A stretch of DNA of 64,000 bases from Mobula hypostoma (GCF_963921235.1 NC_086107.1:108874001-108938000), one strand, 5' to 3'; positions 12,756-24,679 are shown, numbered from the stretch's first letter. The notes: generated by a model not told the origin, from the sequence alone. Translations and numbers: made by a program.

Positions 12756-13615
12756 ATGAACTTTGCTGACAACACTACACTGATTGACCTAATCTCAAAT
12801 AATAATGAGGCAGTTTACAGACAGCAAGTCATCACCCTGACACAGTGGTGTCAAGAAAACAACCTCTCCCTCAATGTCACAAAAACAAAGGAGCTGGTTC
12901 TGGACTACAGGAGAAATGGAGACGGGCTAACCCCTATTGACATCAATGGATCTGGGGTTGAAAGGGTGAACAGCTTTATGTTCCTGGGCATAAACGTCAC
13001 CAAGGATCTCACACAGTCTGTACATATCGGCTGTGTGTTGAAAAAGGCACAACAGCGCCTCTTTCACCTCAGACAGTTGAAGAAGTTTGGTATGGGCCCC
13101 CAAATCCTAAGAACTAAAATCCTAAAAGGGGCACAATTGACAGCATCCTGACTGGCTGCATCACTGCCTGGTATGGAAACTGTACTCCCCTCAATCTCAG
13201 GACACTCCAGAGAGTGGTGCGGACAGCCCAGCGCATCTGTAGTTGTGAACTATTCTGGACCTTTACAAAGACAGGTGTGTAAAAAGGGCCCAAAGGATCA
13301 TTAGGGACCCGAGTCACCCCAACCACAAACTGTTCCAGCTGTTACCATCCTGGAAATGATACTGCAGCATAAAAGCCAGGGCCAACAGGCTCCGGGACAG
13401 CTTCTTCCACCAGGCCATCAGACTGATTAACCCATGCTGACGCTACTGTATTTCTATGTTATACTGACTTCATATTTAACCATCTTGTTACTGTCCTGTT
13501 GTACATACTATTTATTGTAAATTACTATAAATTGCACATTGCACATTTAGACGGAAACGTAACGTAAAATTTTTACTCCCTGTATTCAATTCAATTCAAT
13601 TAATTTCAGTTCAAT
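12756..13615 (+). mobile_element. Rex1/Babar-like LINE RT 3' fragment
   Basis: FAD(N)TT...WCQENNLSLNVTKTKELVLDYRR...FLG RT motifs and a (TTCAA)n tail. Confidence 0.85.
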
Positions 13616-13839
13616 TCAGCCTTCATTAAAATGTTTGGATATATCTGATGGAGTGAATTTTGATTACATTGAGTTTAGCAATCCCAACTTCTATGCAGTA
13701 TATGGGTCTAGAGATTTTTAAATTAATTCAATCAATACTGATGTCAGAAGCAATGTCAGCGCTTACCACCCACTTCTATTCACCCCTGAACTGAGAAGGG
13801 GTTCAACTACATCACTGGGGCTGGCGTCTCATATAGACT

Positions 13840-14210
13840 AGATCCTCTACTCCCAGTTGAAGGAAGATCAGCGGATGGCGAGGGAAATGCTTCAAAGATA
13901 ACATCAAAATCAGCCTGAAGAAATTCAATGTGACATTGAAAAACTGGGACGACGTGGCACTCGATAGATACGCCCGGAGGAGGTCTGTTCAAGAGGGAGC
14001 CGTGCTACAAGAGAACGACCGCCGTTGTGCCGCAGAGAAAAACTGAACAACCAAAAGACCCAGCCTCTAACCGCAGCCACCACTTACTCTTACCAATGCT
14101 GCAAGAGAATACACGGACCCCAAATCAGCCTCTACAGCCTCCTGAGGATCCATCAATAGACAACCCCCTAGGAGAACATCATACTCGACTCGAGTGATTG
14201 CACCCTTAAA
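13840..14210 (+). mobile_element. Degenerate RTE-clade LINE 3' end
   Basis: KDNIKISLKKFN..ENW...A.DR..WR-like remnant and an RTE-type stem-loop tail. Confidence 0.55.
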
Positions 14211-14647
14211 ACATCAAGAATAGCAGGTTATTTTTCCCCATTCTGTGAACTAGACAGCATTTCATGGTTATTGTTAGTTTGATTAAGTGTTTTATTTTAA
14301 ACCCCCAACTTATTTAATTCATTGAACTTCATTACTGCTTTGGTTGTGACTCACATCTCTGAATGAATGGTCCGGAACTTAGAACCACTATGGAACTGTG
14401 CCTCGTGGGGCAATGGTACAACGGGAAGATGTGAGGAGCTCCAAAAGCTGCTGAAAATGACCACCCATCCAATTGGATTGCCCCCCAGAATAAAAATAGA
14501 CCCCTATCAAGTCCAGTCACCTTGCGCACACATCCAGAGAAGAACTGTACATTCAAAGATTGACCACCAAATTAGGCCTTCTGTTCATGGTACATATGCA
14601 GCTAGATAAGACCAAGTAAGTCTTCCGAAAACCTTCAAGAGACGACT

Positions 14648-15355
14648 ACCTTGTCATGGTTTAAAGGCTTGCATGCCTCAATGACCAGGACCGCTATGTT
14701 GGCTGGAGTCAGGGTTTTATGCTTTGGCTCTTGGTAGGGCCACCCATGCCAAACAGGTCAAAGGGTAGAGGCCAGACTAAGAGTGGTCTACTAGTCTTCC
14801 AGGTTCAAGGGGTCAGTTCAGGACTAACAAGTCTGTCTATTTATCTACTGCCAGTTACACTGCCGGTGTTTAGGGCAGCAATGAAGGTTCTCCATCTCTG
14901 CTCATGTTCAGGACTTCCTTCTTTGTGTCGGCAGCTCGGTTTTCACTCCTGTCAGTCATGCAATTCCCGGGTGGAGACTCAGGAATACCGTTGCGCACAG
15001 ATGTAATAGGATTCTCCATTGCTGTTTCCATAATAATTTTGTTTTTACCAGTCAGGGTTGTTAGCCCTGAGCTGAAACCCTGGACCAGGAGGACCGGTGG
15101 ACCACTCTTAGTCCGGCCTCTACCCTTTGACCTGTTTGGCATGGTGACCCTACCAAGAGACAAAGCATAAAGACCTGCCTTCAGACCCTACAACAAGGTT
15201 ATGGTCCACTTGGAGGAACAACTCTGGTTGGCAAAACAAAATTATCATGGGAACAGCAATGAAGAATCATTCTACATCCGAGTGGCCAAAGACAGACAGG
15301 TGGAGAACTTTCATTGCTGTCCTAACCGTTATCAGGCGTAGCAGGCAGTAAGTAA
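14648..15355. mobile_element. RTE/Expander-type non-autonomous element (+) interrupted by an inverted copy of the same family (about 14855-15170, -)
   Basis: CATGCCAAACAGGTCAAAGGGTAGAGGCC occurs on both strands. The + copy resumes at about 15205. Confidence 0.6.
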
Positions 15356-15854
15356 TTAAAGTCTTCTGAAAATGGTCTAACTGAAGGATTTCATCAACGG
15401 TGTAACCCTCTAGTAAGCCATGGTACTCCAAGAGTTTTAGTCCTGGATGATAAAAAGAAGATGCATTCAACAAGAAGCTTCCCATCATCATCAATTACAT
15501 TTGGCTCCTCAGTACTGAACTCCAGATACCACCACTGAAACCCCAACTTTTCTTCTACAAAGCCACAAACACCCTACAAACTTTGTTCCGTCACTCCCAG
15601 AGGAGCTGCTGGCATCTTCTCAATTCTCCAACCTCCACAATCAAGTCAAAGCGCCATTCAGCAGCAAGGACATGAATCAGCAAACATGTTACCAGGAACT
15701 TCAACCATCCGGTTCTTCGTTACCATTGCTCCAAATGTCTTTCACTCAAAAATGTTTGGATAGGTTGACACCATAAAGTACATCAAATGTCGAAACTGTT
15801 CGTTACAAGCATTCGTACATGAGTTACTGTTCTGCGTCCAAGTAACTCAGCAGT

Positions 15855-15863
15855 AAAGGATAT
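15855..15863 (-). promoter_or_regulatory. U12-type (minor spliceosome) AT-AC 5' splice site
   Basis: The minus strand reads TGT AAC CC|ATATCCTTT. This is the exact U12 donor consensus, at the point where channel homology (CNP) stops. Confidence 0.9.
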
Positions 15864-16126
15864 GGGTTACACACTACCTTAATGCACCAACAACGAGGGC
15901 GGGTGGTCTGCCTGATGCAGAAGAAGACTACTGGAGCCAGGTCTGGGTAGGGCACCTCGTCATCTGGCTCCAGCGAGGCCTCCTCAGCTGGGATTTCCTC
16001 GCCTGACAATGCCGTATTCTCCGTTATCCCGGTATCCTCTGTGTCGGAGTGTAATATTCCAGCAGTAGATGACTGTGGCCCTCTAGTCCAGGCTGGAGAA
16101 ATGTCCTTGGCCATATTGGCAAACAT
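15864..16126 (-). CDS. CACNA1I: First coding exon of a T-type (Cav3) calcium channel alpha-1 subunit, most like CACNA1I/Cav3.3; exon 16135-15864, ATG at 16126 (alternative in-frame ATG at 16114)
   Basis: The translation [11 protein letters not shown]...[36 protein letters not shown] matches the Cav3 N-terminal motif (PxLAPxxFFxLxQTTxPRxWCIKxVCNP) preceding IS1. The exon has a pyrimidine-rich acceptor (ttctttctctcttcag|GATT) and ends in phase 2 at an ATATCCTTT donor. The paralogue call (1I rather than 1G/1H) rests on PDLAP, WCIK and the short N-terminus. Confidence 0.88.
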
Positions 16127-16219
16127 GGGAAAATCCTGAAGAGAGAAAGAAACAACAATTAAAAGGGAAAGGTGGAGCATGATTGACCAGGATACCATTA
16201 CTGACCAAGGGTAGTCTAG

Positions 16220-16658
16220 CATGTCATCTAAAACTTTGACAAAATTCTATAGATGCACAGTGGAGAATATCCTGACTAGTTGTATCATGGTTTGGTATGG
16301 AAACACCAATGCCCAAGGCTGGAAAAAGCTTACAAAAAGTGGTGGATGCAACCCAGTCCATCACAGGAAAACACTCCCCATCGTTAAGCCCATCTACAAG
16401 AAATGCTGCCACAAGGAAGCAGCATCCATCATCAGGGGCTACCACCATCCAGGCCACACTCTTTTCTCACTGCTGCCATCATGAAGGAGGTAGAGGAGCC
16501 TTAGGTCCCACACCACCAGGTTCAGGAACAGGTACTACCCTTCAACCATCAGGCTTCTAAACTTCTAAACTTCACTCACCTCAACACGGAACCGATCACT
16601 GAACACAACTATGGACTCACTTTCAAGGACTCTACAGCTCATTTTCTCAGTATTATTT
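16220..16658 (+). mobile_element. Rex1/L2-like LINE 3' fragment (host of the R4-like insertion; its 3' UTR resumes at about 19044-19230)
   Basis: The [23 protein letters not shown] remnant and the split UTR match the 11090 family. Confidence 0.7.
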
Positions 16659-16742
16659 TCATCATTGTATTTTTATTTTTTCTCAGCTCAAGCTGGTAAA
16701 ACCTGAGCTACAGGCATAGCCAAGCACGCTCATTTCTCAAAT

Positions 16743-16959
16743 AGCACACATCAAAGTTGCTGGTGAACGCAGCAGGCCAGGCAGCATCTCTAGGAAGAGG
16801 TACAGTCGACGTTTCAGGCCGAGACCCTTCGTCAGGACTAACTCGGCCTGAAACGTCGACTGTACCTCTTCCTAGAGATGCTGCCTGGCCTGCTGCATTC
16901 ACCAGCAACTTTGATGTGTGTTGCTTGAATTTCCAGCATCTGCAGAATTCCTGTTGTTT
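16743..16959. mobile_element. Short palindromic Penelope-derived insertion with 13-bp TSD
   Basis: It has 79-bp inverted arms at 16745-16823 and 16842-16920. The TSD TCATTTCTCAAAT lies at 16730-16742 and 16960-16972. Confidence 0.88.
16803..16840 (-). ncRNA. Minimal hammerhead ribozyme motif
   Basis: Minus strand TAGTC-CTGACGA-AGGGTCTCGGCCT-GAAA-CG-TC^GACTG. Confidence 0.72.
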
Positions 16960-17587
16960 TCATTTCTCAAATGCTAGGAACTTTTGGACTATTCTAGTGG
17001 TGTTTAGTATTGTGGCTTCCTGAAGATTTACATAAATAATGCTGTGTAGCCCTAATTGTTTAATGCTATTGTGTAGTGCCTTTGGAAAGATACCAGTTGT
17101 AGATATTACTATTGGGACAATGTATACCCCTGTTCGTGTTCCATAGTCTTTCAATTTCCTCTTTCAATCAACATATTTCTGGTGCTTTTCACTGATTGAT
17201 TTCTGTATGTTGTGTGTGTTTGGAATGGCTAGATCTATTAAGTTGTTCTTGCTTGTTTATCGTGTAGTATTACATCTGTAATAATGGATCAGTTGTAACA
17301 TAATCTGTGGGACTCTGACTCTAAAACTGGATCTGGCTTGTATTTACAGTAAGGTATGATTTCTCTTATGAGCTTGTATTTTAAAGCAAGATTTTGGAGA
17401 ATGATGTTTGCCTCTTGATTGTGCCTGTGTAAGTAATCAGATTGAGTTAAACCGCTGCAGGATCCTGCACCGTATTTGGTTGTTTTTTGTTTCTCTTGGT
17501 ATTTTCTGCATTTATCATCTTGAATTTGTCAGTCTTTTATTATGTAATTTTGATCTTTTTTGTATTAACCACCTGGTCCTCTATAGC

Positions 17588-17886
17588 CACGTGGCCAAGT
17601 GGTTAAGGCATTGGACTAGCGATCTGAAGGTCATGAGTTTCAGCCCCAGCCGAGGCAACGTGTAGTGTCCTTGAGCAAGGCACTTAATCACACATTGCTC
17701 TGTGACGACACCGGTGTCAAGCTGTATGGGTCCTAATGCCCTTCCCTTGGACAACATCGGTGTCGTGGAGAGGGGAGACTTGCAGCATGGGCAACTTGCT
17801 GGTCTTCCATACAACTTTGCCTGCGCCCTGGAGAGTGAAGACTTTCTAGGCGCAGATCCATGGTCTCGCAAGACTAACGGATGCCT
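17588..17886 (+). mobile_element. tRNA-headed SINE with RTE-derived tail (copy 2), nested in the R4-like LINE
   Basis: A-box TGGCCAAGTGG. The TSD CCTCTATAGCCAC lies at 17578-17590 and 17884-17896. Confidence 0.88.
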
Positions 17887-19414
17887 CTATAGCCACAATG
17901 AACCCCTCTATTTCTGGGAAGAGGTCTCCAACTCTGAGCCAGGCTTTCGACGCTCCCTTGTCGACATGTATTCTGCTCAGATCACGGGGATGTGTTCTAT
18001 GGGGGGCCATGCTCTTCCATTGGTTCACTTTTCCTTCTGTAGTGATAATTTCTTCATTTTTCTGGGTTATGTTTTCATTTAATTTTAGTGGTGTGTACTT
18101 ATCAGAATTGCACGTGCTGGTGTGAAGTGTTGAATCCTGATTTTGTTGATGGAAATACTGCGTATCTTTAAAAGTTTTATCTGAGTGTTGTGTAAATTTT
18201 TAATGTCTGTTGTTCCTCTACCCCCTTCTGTCCTAGGTATTGTTAATCTAAGTACATTTGAGTGTACATTTGTCATTTTAGTTCTCGTTTTTCTTTGTAA
18301 ACTTTCCAGATCGGTTTCGGAGCAAGATATCATCCCAAAAGAATACATTAATATGGGTATAGGAAAAGTGTTTATTGTCTTTGGTATATTTTTACTGCTG
18401 AGCTCTATCTGACAGATTTTCTCAAGCTTTTAAGTAAATTCTATCGAAAGTTTTCCCTTTATCACACTATGATCTATTTTCTTTGCTCGTTGATATCCCA
18501 GATACATATATTTCATATTCATTGTATTGTATCCGGCTGCTCTGCTGTCTGTTCTACTTGCTCTGTTGTATCTTTCTGTATCAGTTTAATGTTCTGTACT
18601 CACAGTTCCTTGTCCAAAGTTCATGCTTATATCTTTAGAGAATAAGCCTATTTCTTAAATTAATTGCTTTAGCTTTACAGATGAAGGAATCTCGAGAAGG
18701 CTTGTCAGGATATAATTCATTTGGCTGTCTCTGATTTTATACCCTATTCTCATTCGTTTTAGTAAATTAGAGAGCGTGTTTAAAGCTAGACAGAACCATA
18801 GTGGACTTGGAGAAAAATGTCTTGGTTTACTTTGAGAATGGTGGCTGTACTTTTTTGGTTGTTAATAGATTGGTGTACTGTAATCACCCAACGCTCCATC
18901 AGATGATACAGGAATCTTACAAGTATTGGGTGTAGTTTATATATATGAAGAACATCTATTGACCATGAGTGTGGAACAGAATCAAATGCTTTTTGGTAGT
19001 CAATGTAACAGCATGACAGATTTCTGCTTTTCCACCGGGTTTCATTATTATTATTATCATCATTATGTTATTTTTACATTAGCACAGTTTGTCTTCTTTT
19101 CTAGATCGGTTACTTGTCTGTCTTTGTGTGTAGTTTTTCATTGATTCTATTGTATTTCTTTGTTCTACTGTGAATGTTTGCAGGAAAATGAATCTTATGG
19201 TGACATATACACATACTATGTTAATAAATTTTTAAAAAACATTATGATACTCAATGGTGATCAATGTGCCAAAATGTGTCGTTGTAGTTGTGATGTGTCC
19301 ACATGGCCTCTTCGTGCAGCATGGCCAAAAGGCAGAACCAAGTGTATCTGAGTTAGGTGTCACCAGTATGAACATCACTCTCTGAGGTGCTGGACGAGAG
19401 CTGGAGCTTCATTG

Positions 19415-20200
19415 AAAGAGAGGGAGGGCAATAGAGAGAGGGGAGGGGAGGGGGGAGAGATGGGGGGGAGGGGGGAGAGGGGAGGGGGAGAGAGGGGGAG
19501 AGAGGGGGAGAGGGGGAGAGAGGGGGAGAGAGGGGGGAGAGGGGGAGAGAGGGGGAGAGGGGGAAAGAGGGGGAGAGAGAGGGGGAGAGGGGAAGAGAGA
19601 GGGGAGGGGGAGGGGGGGAGAGAGGGGGAGAGGGGGGAGAGAGAGGGGAGAGAGAGGGGGAGAGAGAGAGGGAGGGGGAGAGGGGGGAGGGGAGAGAGAG
19701 GGGAGAGAGAGAGGAGAGAGAGGGGAGAGAGAGAGGAGAGAGAGGGGAAAGAGGGGGGAGAGAGGGGGGAGAGAGAGAGGGGGAGAGAGAGATCTGGAGG
19801 GAAAGAAACAATAAGAATTGAGCACATGTGAGTGTGAATGAAATCACAGAGACAAAAGGAGGGCAACAGATTGGGGAGAGGGGGAGAGAGGATGAGAGGG
19901 GTGAGAACGAGATAGACAGATACAAAGAGAGGCACAGAAGGAGACTGTGATTGTAAGAGAGGAGAATGCAAACAAAAGGGAGAAAACAGGAGAGCTCGAG
20001 GACAGAGGGGAGAAATAGAGTAAGCGAAAGCACAAGACTGGGAGAAAGACACAGAGACAGGCAGGCAGTGAGAGAGAGAAAAAGACAGAGAAAGAGACCT
20101 AGAGAAAGACAGACAGAGAGACAGAGACAGAGTTAGAGAGGCAGAGAGACAGACACACACAAATGCATGAGAAAGCACAGGAGAAACAGCACAGGAGAAG
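19415..20200. repeat. Polypurine G/A low-complexity tract (purine-only about 19462-19792), then GA-rich sequence
   Basis: Directly visible (GAGAGGGG)n-like mosaic. Confidence 0.95.
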
Positions 20201-20563
20201 GAGAACGTTCCTTTACCGTGTGCCCACTCCCTAAATCAAATCAGTTCTGACACATTCAACACTAGCAGAGTAGCAATATGTACAGACAGAGAAGCTGGTC
20301 ACATGGTACAGCTCTTAAAGGGGTACACACTCAATATTACCTGGCACAGGTATACGACACTCCTGGCTGCAGGGATCGGGGCAGGTGGTTAGAGAATGAG
20401 GAGTGAGTGGAAGCACAGAAACACATGCTACAACTTCACAATTGAGGAAGGAGTGAAAGCGGACCTTGACTCTTGGCACCCCAGCCACGTGGAATTATCA
20501 GTCGCACTCATGTTGGGAAATGGAATTAGAATTGGTTTATTCTTGTCACATGTACCAGGATAC

Positions 20564-20880
20564 TAGTGTGGGCACGTGGCCAAGTGGTTAAGGCATTGGA
20601 CTAGCTACCTGAAGGTCGTGAGTTCGAGCCCCAGTCAAGGAAACGTGTTGCGTCTTTGAGCAAGGCACTTATTCACACAGTGCTCTGCAGTGACACTAGT
20701 GCCAAGCTGTATGGGTCCTAATGCCCTTCCCATGGACAACATCGGTGTCGTGGAGAGGGGAGACTTGCAGCATGGGCAACTGCTGGTCTTCCATACAACC
20801 TTGCCCAGGCCTGCGCCCTGGGGAGTGAAGACTTTCCAGGCGCAGATCCATGGTCTCGCAAGACTAACGGATGCCTTGCC
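20564..20880 (+). mobile_element. tRNA-headed SINE with RTE-derived tail (copy 3)
   Basis: A and B boxes (TGGCCAAGTGG, GTTCGAGCC). The TSD TACCAGGATAC lies at 20553-20563 and 20881-20891. Confidence 0.88.
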
Positions 20881-20998
20881 TACCAGGATACAGTGAAATG
20901 CTTGTCTTGTGTTCTGTTCATACAGATCAGATTGCTACACAGTGCATTGATCTAGAACAAGGTGAAACAGAATAAAGCAAGGTAAAATGGAGAATAAA

Positions 20999-21530
20999 GC
21001 AACTCACAAAATGCTGAGGGAGCTCAGCAGCATCTATGGAAATGAATAAACAGTCGACTTTTTGGGCCAAGACCCTTCCTCAGGACTGGAAAGGAAGGGG
21101 CAAGGCACCAGAATAAAAAGGTGAGGGGAGGGGAAGGAGGACAAGCTGGAAGGTGATAGGTGAAGCCAGGTGAGTGGAAAAGGTAAAGGGCTGGAGAAGG
21201 AAGAATCTGATAGGAGAGGACAGAGGAGAAAGGGAAGGAGGAGGGGACCCAGGGGAGGTGATAGGCAGGTGAGAAGAAGTAAAAGGTCAGAGTGGGGGAT
21301 AGAGAAGTTGATGGAGGGGGAATTTGTTAACCAGAAGGAGAATTTGATATTTCTGTCATCAGACTGGGGGCTCTCCAGATGGAATATAAGGTGTTGCTCC
21401 TCCACCTTGGTGGTGGCCTCATCTTGGCACAAGAGGAGGCCATGGATTGACTTGTCAGAACGGGAATGAGACTAGGAATGGGAATTAAAATGTTTGGCCA
21501 CCGGGAATTCCCAATTGTGGCGGATGGTGC
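20999..21530 (-). mobile_element. Penelope-like element 3' fragment (degenerate hammerhead)
   Basis: PVAKHFNSHS / CQDEAT.KVEEQHLIFHL remnant plus the tail. GAAA is mutated. Confidence 0.75.
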
Positions 21531-22184
21531 GGAATAAAAGTGTAACAGCTGCAGAGAAAGTGCAGGAGCAGGTAAATGATGAAGTGCAAGATCGTAAGGA
21601 GATCGATTGTGAGATCAGGAGTCCACTGGGGAGCCATTCAATAGCCCTATAACGGTGGGGTAGGAGCTGTCCCTGAGCCTGGTGGTACGTGCGTTCAGGC
21701 TTTGGTATCTTCTGCCTGATGGCAGAGGGGAGAAGAGAGAATGAGAGAATGTCCATGTTGGGAGGGTGAGATATTTGAGTATTGTGGCTGCTTTATTGAG
21801 ACAGCGAGAAGTATAGACAGAGTTCAGGTGCACTAAAGAGAATAGAACCACACAGGAAAGGAATCATATGATTCACCAATTCAGAACCAAATTTCTTCCT
21901 TGGCAAGTGAAGCTAAAGAAATATCAAAGACGTTCATTGACTTTGCAAGCAGCTGAAACAATTTCTTACCATACTGCTCCTCCATGTGTAAAGATGGGGC
22001 CACTCCTTGCTTTTCATTGTATGATCATGCGAGTAGCTTGTTAAAAATACTTCCCCAGTCAAGTAGGGCACCACTGGGCCGCAGAGGTGGAGCTGCCTCA
22101 CCACGCTGGAGGCCAGGGTTTGATCCTGACCTTGGGTGCTGTCTCTGTTGAGTTTGTACACTCTCCATATGAGCAGAAGGCTAT

Positions 22185-22800
22185 ATGACATTGGAGCCAG
22201 AATTAGGCCGTTTGGCCCATTGAATCTTCTCTGCCATTCCATCGTGGCTGATTTATTATCCTTCTCAACTCCATTCTCCTGCTTTCCCCATAACTTTTCA
22301 CCCCCTTACTAATCAAGACCCTGTCACCCTCCACTTCGAATGTACCGAATGATTTCACCTCCATAGCCATCTATGGAAATGAATTGCACAGAATCACCAC
22401 CTTCTGGCTAAAGAAATTCCTCTTCATCTCTGTTCAAACTGGATATCCTTGTTTAGATTTGCTAAATATGCCACAGAAAATAAACCTGTGGTGGCATGTA
22501 AGTACTCTGATAATAAATTTTAGTTTGAACTTTGAACTATACTGAGGCTGAGGCCTTTGGTCCTAGAGTCCCCCACCATAGGAAATATCCTCTCCACATC
22601 CACTCTGTCTAGACCTTTCAATATTCCATAGGTTTCAGTCAGAACCACCCCCCCCCCATTCTTCTAAACTCCAGTGAGTACAGGCCTAGAGCCATCAAAT
22701 GCTTCTCACTTTTTCTTAACCCTTTCATTCCCAGAATCATTCTCGTGAGCCTCCTCTGGACCCTAGCAAATGCCTGCATATCTTTTCTTAGATAAGGGAT
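22185..22800 (-). mobile_element. CR1 LINE 3' fragment(s)
   Basis: Reverse complement of the CR1 3' module seen intact at 63625-63990. Confidence 0.7.
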
Positions 22801-24155
22801 CCATGTGCATGGGAGGGCTTTAGGGTTCTAATGTTTTATTTTCTGCCATTCATTCTTCGGGGCTTTCTTCAGTTTCGTGGTCGTCCATGAAGAGTAAGAA
22901 TTTCAGGTTGTATACTGTATACATTCTCTGACATTAAATGGAACCAATGGGGTTGAGAGGGATAATAAGTTAGCTATGATAGAATAGCAGGGCACACTCA
23001 ATGGGCCAAATGGCCGAATTCTGCTCCTATGTCTAATGGTATTATGGTGAGAATGACTGTGGTATAGGACAGCACAGCCTGGTCCATCCTAGCTCCATGA
23101 GTTCCCAATTCAATAAAACCCAAAGCCCACCCCCTCTTTTGAAGAACTTGATCTATTTCCTTTAGCATATGCACAGTTGAACCTGCTGATCTGGTGCCCA
23201 AGACCAATAAAATATTCAGGCTGATATATTCCAGGGTAAAAAAAAAATATCCAGGGATCATAAATGCCAAAGCAGAGCCACATCTCATAGAAATAGCTCG
23301 GTTGAAGTGTACCCATGGACACAATGCCAGTAGATCTTATAAATATTTCAGCGATGTACTGTGAATACAGTTGAGCATTATATTTCAGTTCCATTTATTC
23401 ACCAAGAAGTCAATTCAAAAGCATCTGGGACCCAAATATCCTGTTTCTAAGATGGAATAATTTCATATAGTAATTCCCTCCCATGTTCCTATTGAGAATA
23501 GTTAAACCAAACTGCTGTCCTAACGCCTTGCCTTTATGTCCTTTGCTGCTCTCTCTTGGAAACGATGCACCTCGTCGTTCACTCAGTTCCATGTCTTAAA
23601 GCTACAGCAATTTGGATATAATGTAGAGATCCTCCCCATTGTTAAGTAGTCCAAGATCATTAGGGGAGAAACGGTCTAACCAAACTTTGTACGGAAGCAT
23701 TTGCAGAGATATTAAATAATAGATACTCTATATATCCTAGAGATAATATTTAATCTTAATTATAGTATATCTAATTTATATATTTTTTTCAGTTTATTTA
23801 TTTATTGAGATAAAGCGTAGAATAGGCCCCTCTGACCTTTGAGCCTGCCAGCAACCCCCTATTCAACTCTAGCCTATCACAGGACAATTTACAATGACCA
23901 ATTAACCTATCAACCGATACACCTTTGGACTATGGGAGGAAACCTGAGCACCCGGAGAACACAGGGAGAACATACAAACTCCTTACAGGCAGTGACAGGA
24001 ATTGAACTCCAGTCGCTACGTTGTGCTAACCACTGCGCTACCCCATACTATAATATATCTAATGTCTATCTCTAGTATAAAATATATATATTATAGTCCA
24101 TGATAATATACCTAATTTCTAATAATATCTAATATTATATCTTTATTATAATATA

Positions 24156-24679
24156 CAGTCCTGTGCAAAAGTCTTAGGCACATATATATATATAGCTAGG
24201 GTGCACAGTAATTTTATGTACTGTATTACACTGTACTGCTGCTGCAAGGAAAGAAACCAAATTTCATGACTTTTGTGAGTGATGATAAACCTGATTCTGA
24301 AATGGGTCTCTATTGTGGACTGAGTGTGGGAAGGGGGCAGGGAGAGAGGGACTCCTGGTTGGGAAAAGGGGAAGGGAGAGGGGAGGGAGTGGGAAGCACC
24401 AGAGAGGCGCTCTGTAATGAACAATAAACCAAATGATCCTGCCTGGTGTCTCAGGACAGGGTGTGTTCGCACCCATGCCACACCTCTGCCCCTGGCACTC
24501 CTTCTCTGCCACTTGTCCCACACCCCTCCTGCAGCACTCCACCCTCGCCATTTCCGATATCCTTTGCTCCCTCCAGATTTACAAACTCACTCTCCACTCA
24601 ACGTTGACAAATACAGTACTGTGCAAAAGTCTTAGGCACCCCAGCTATACATGTGCCCAAGACTTTGGGTACAGTACTG
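24156..24679. mobile_element. Composite element capped at both ends by CAGTACTGTGCAAAAGTCTTAGGCAC hairpin (Tc1-like MITE) units
   Basis: It is TA-flanked, and a homologous second copy lies at about 43900-44464. Confidence 0.65.

Larger units (their letters stand above)
16659..19043 (-). mobile_element. Degenerate R4/Dong-clade (RLE) non-LTR retrotransposon
   Basis: RT motif IDYQKAFDSVPHSW (19004-18963), YSFGMISCSETDLESLQRKTR..LTIPRTEGGRG, and the C-terminal IVPIVISTTG...LQEATILNTTRIVQKFL. Confidence 0.75.

Noticed and set aside
1..15850. Second coding exon of the channel (WFE.VSMLVILLNCVTLG)
   Set aside because: I did not find it by eye or in the ORF track. It probably lies beyond the window start, although a short exon could have been missed.
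16136..16222. N-terminal extension of ORF 15824-16222 (MLDYPW...SFSLQ) and its C-terminal [12 protein letters not shown]
   Set aside because: Both are intronic read-through beyond the AG acceptor and the AT-AC donor.
19353..20178. Long Pro/Ser/Leu-rich and Arg/Gly/Glu-rich ORFs (also 30660-31251)
   Set aside because: These are translations of GA/CT low-complexity DNA.
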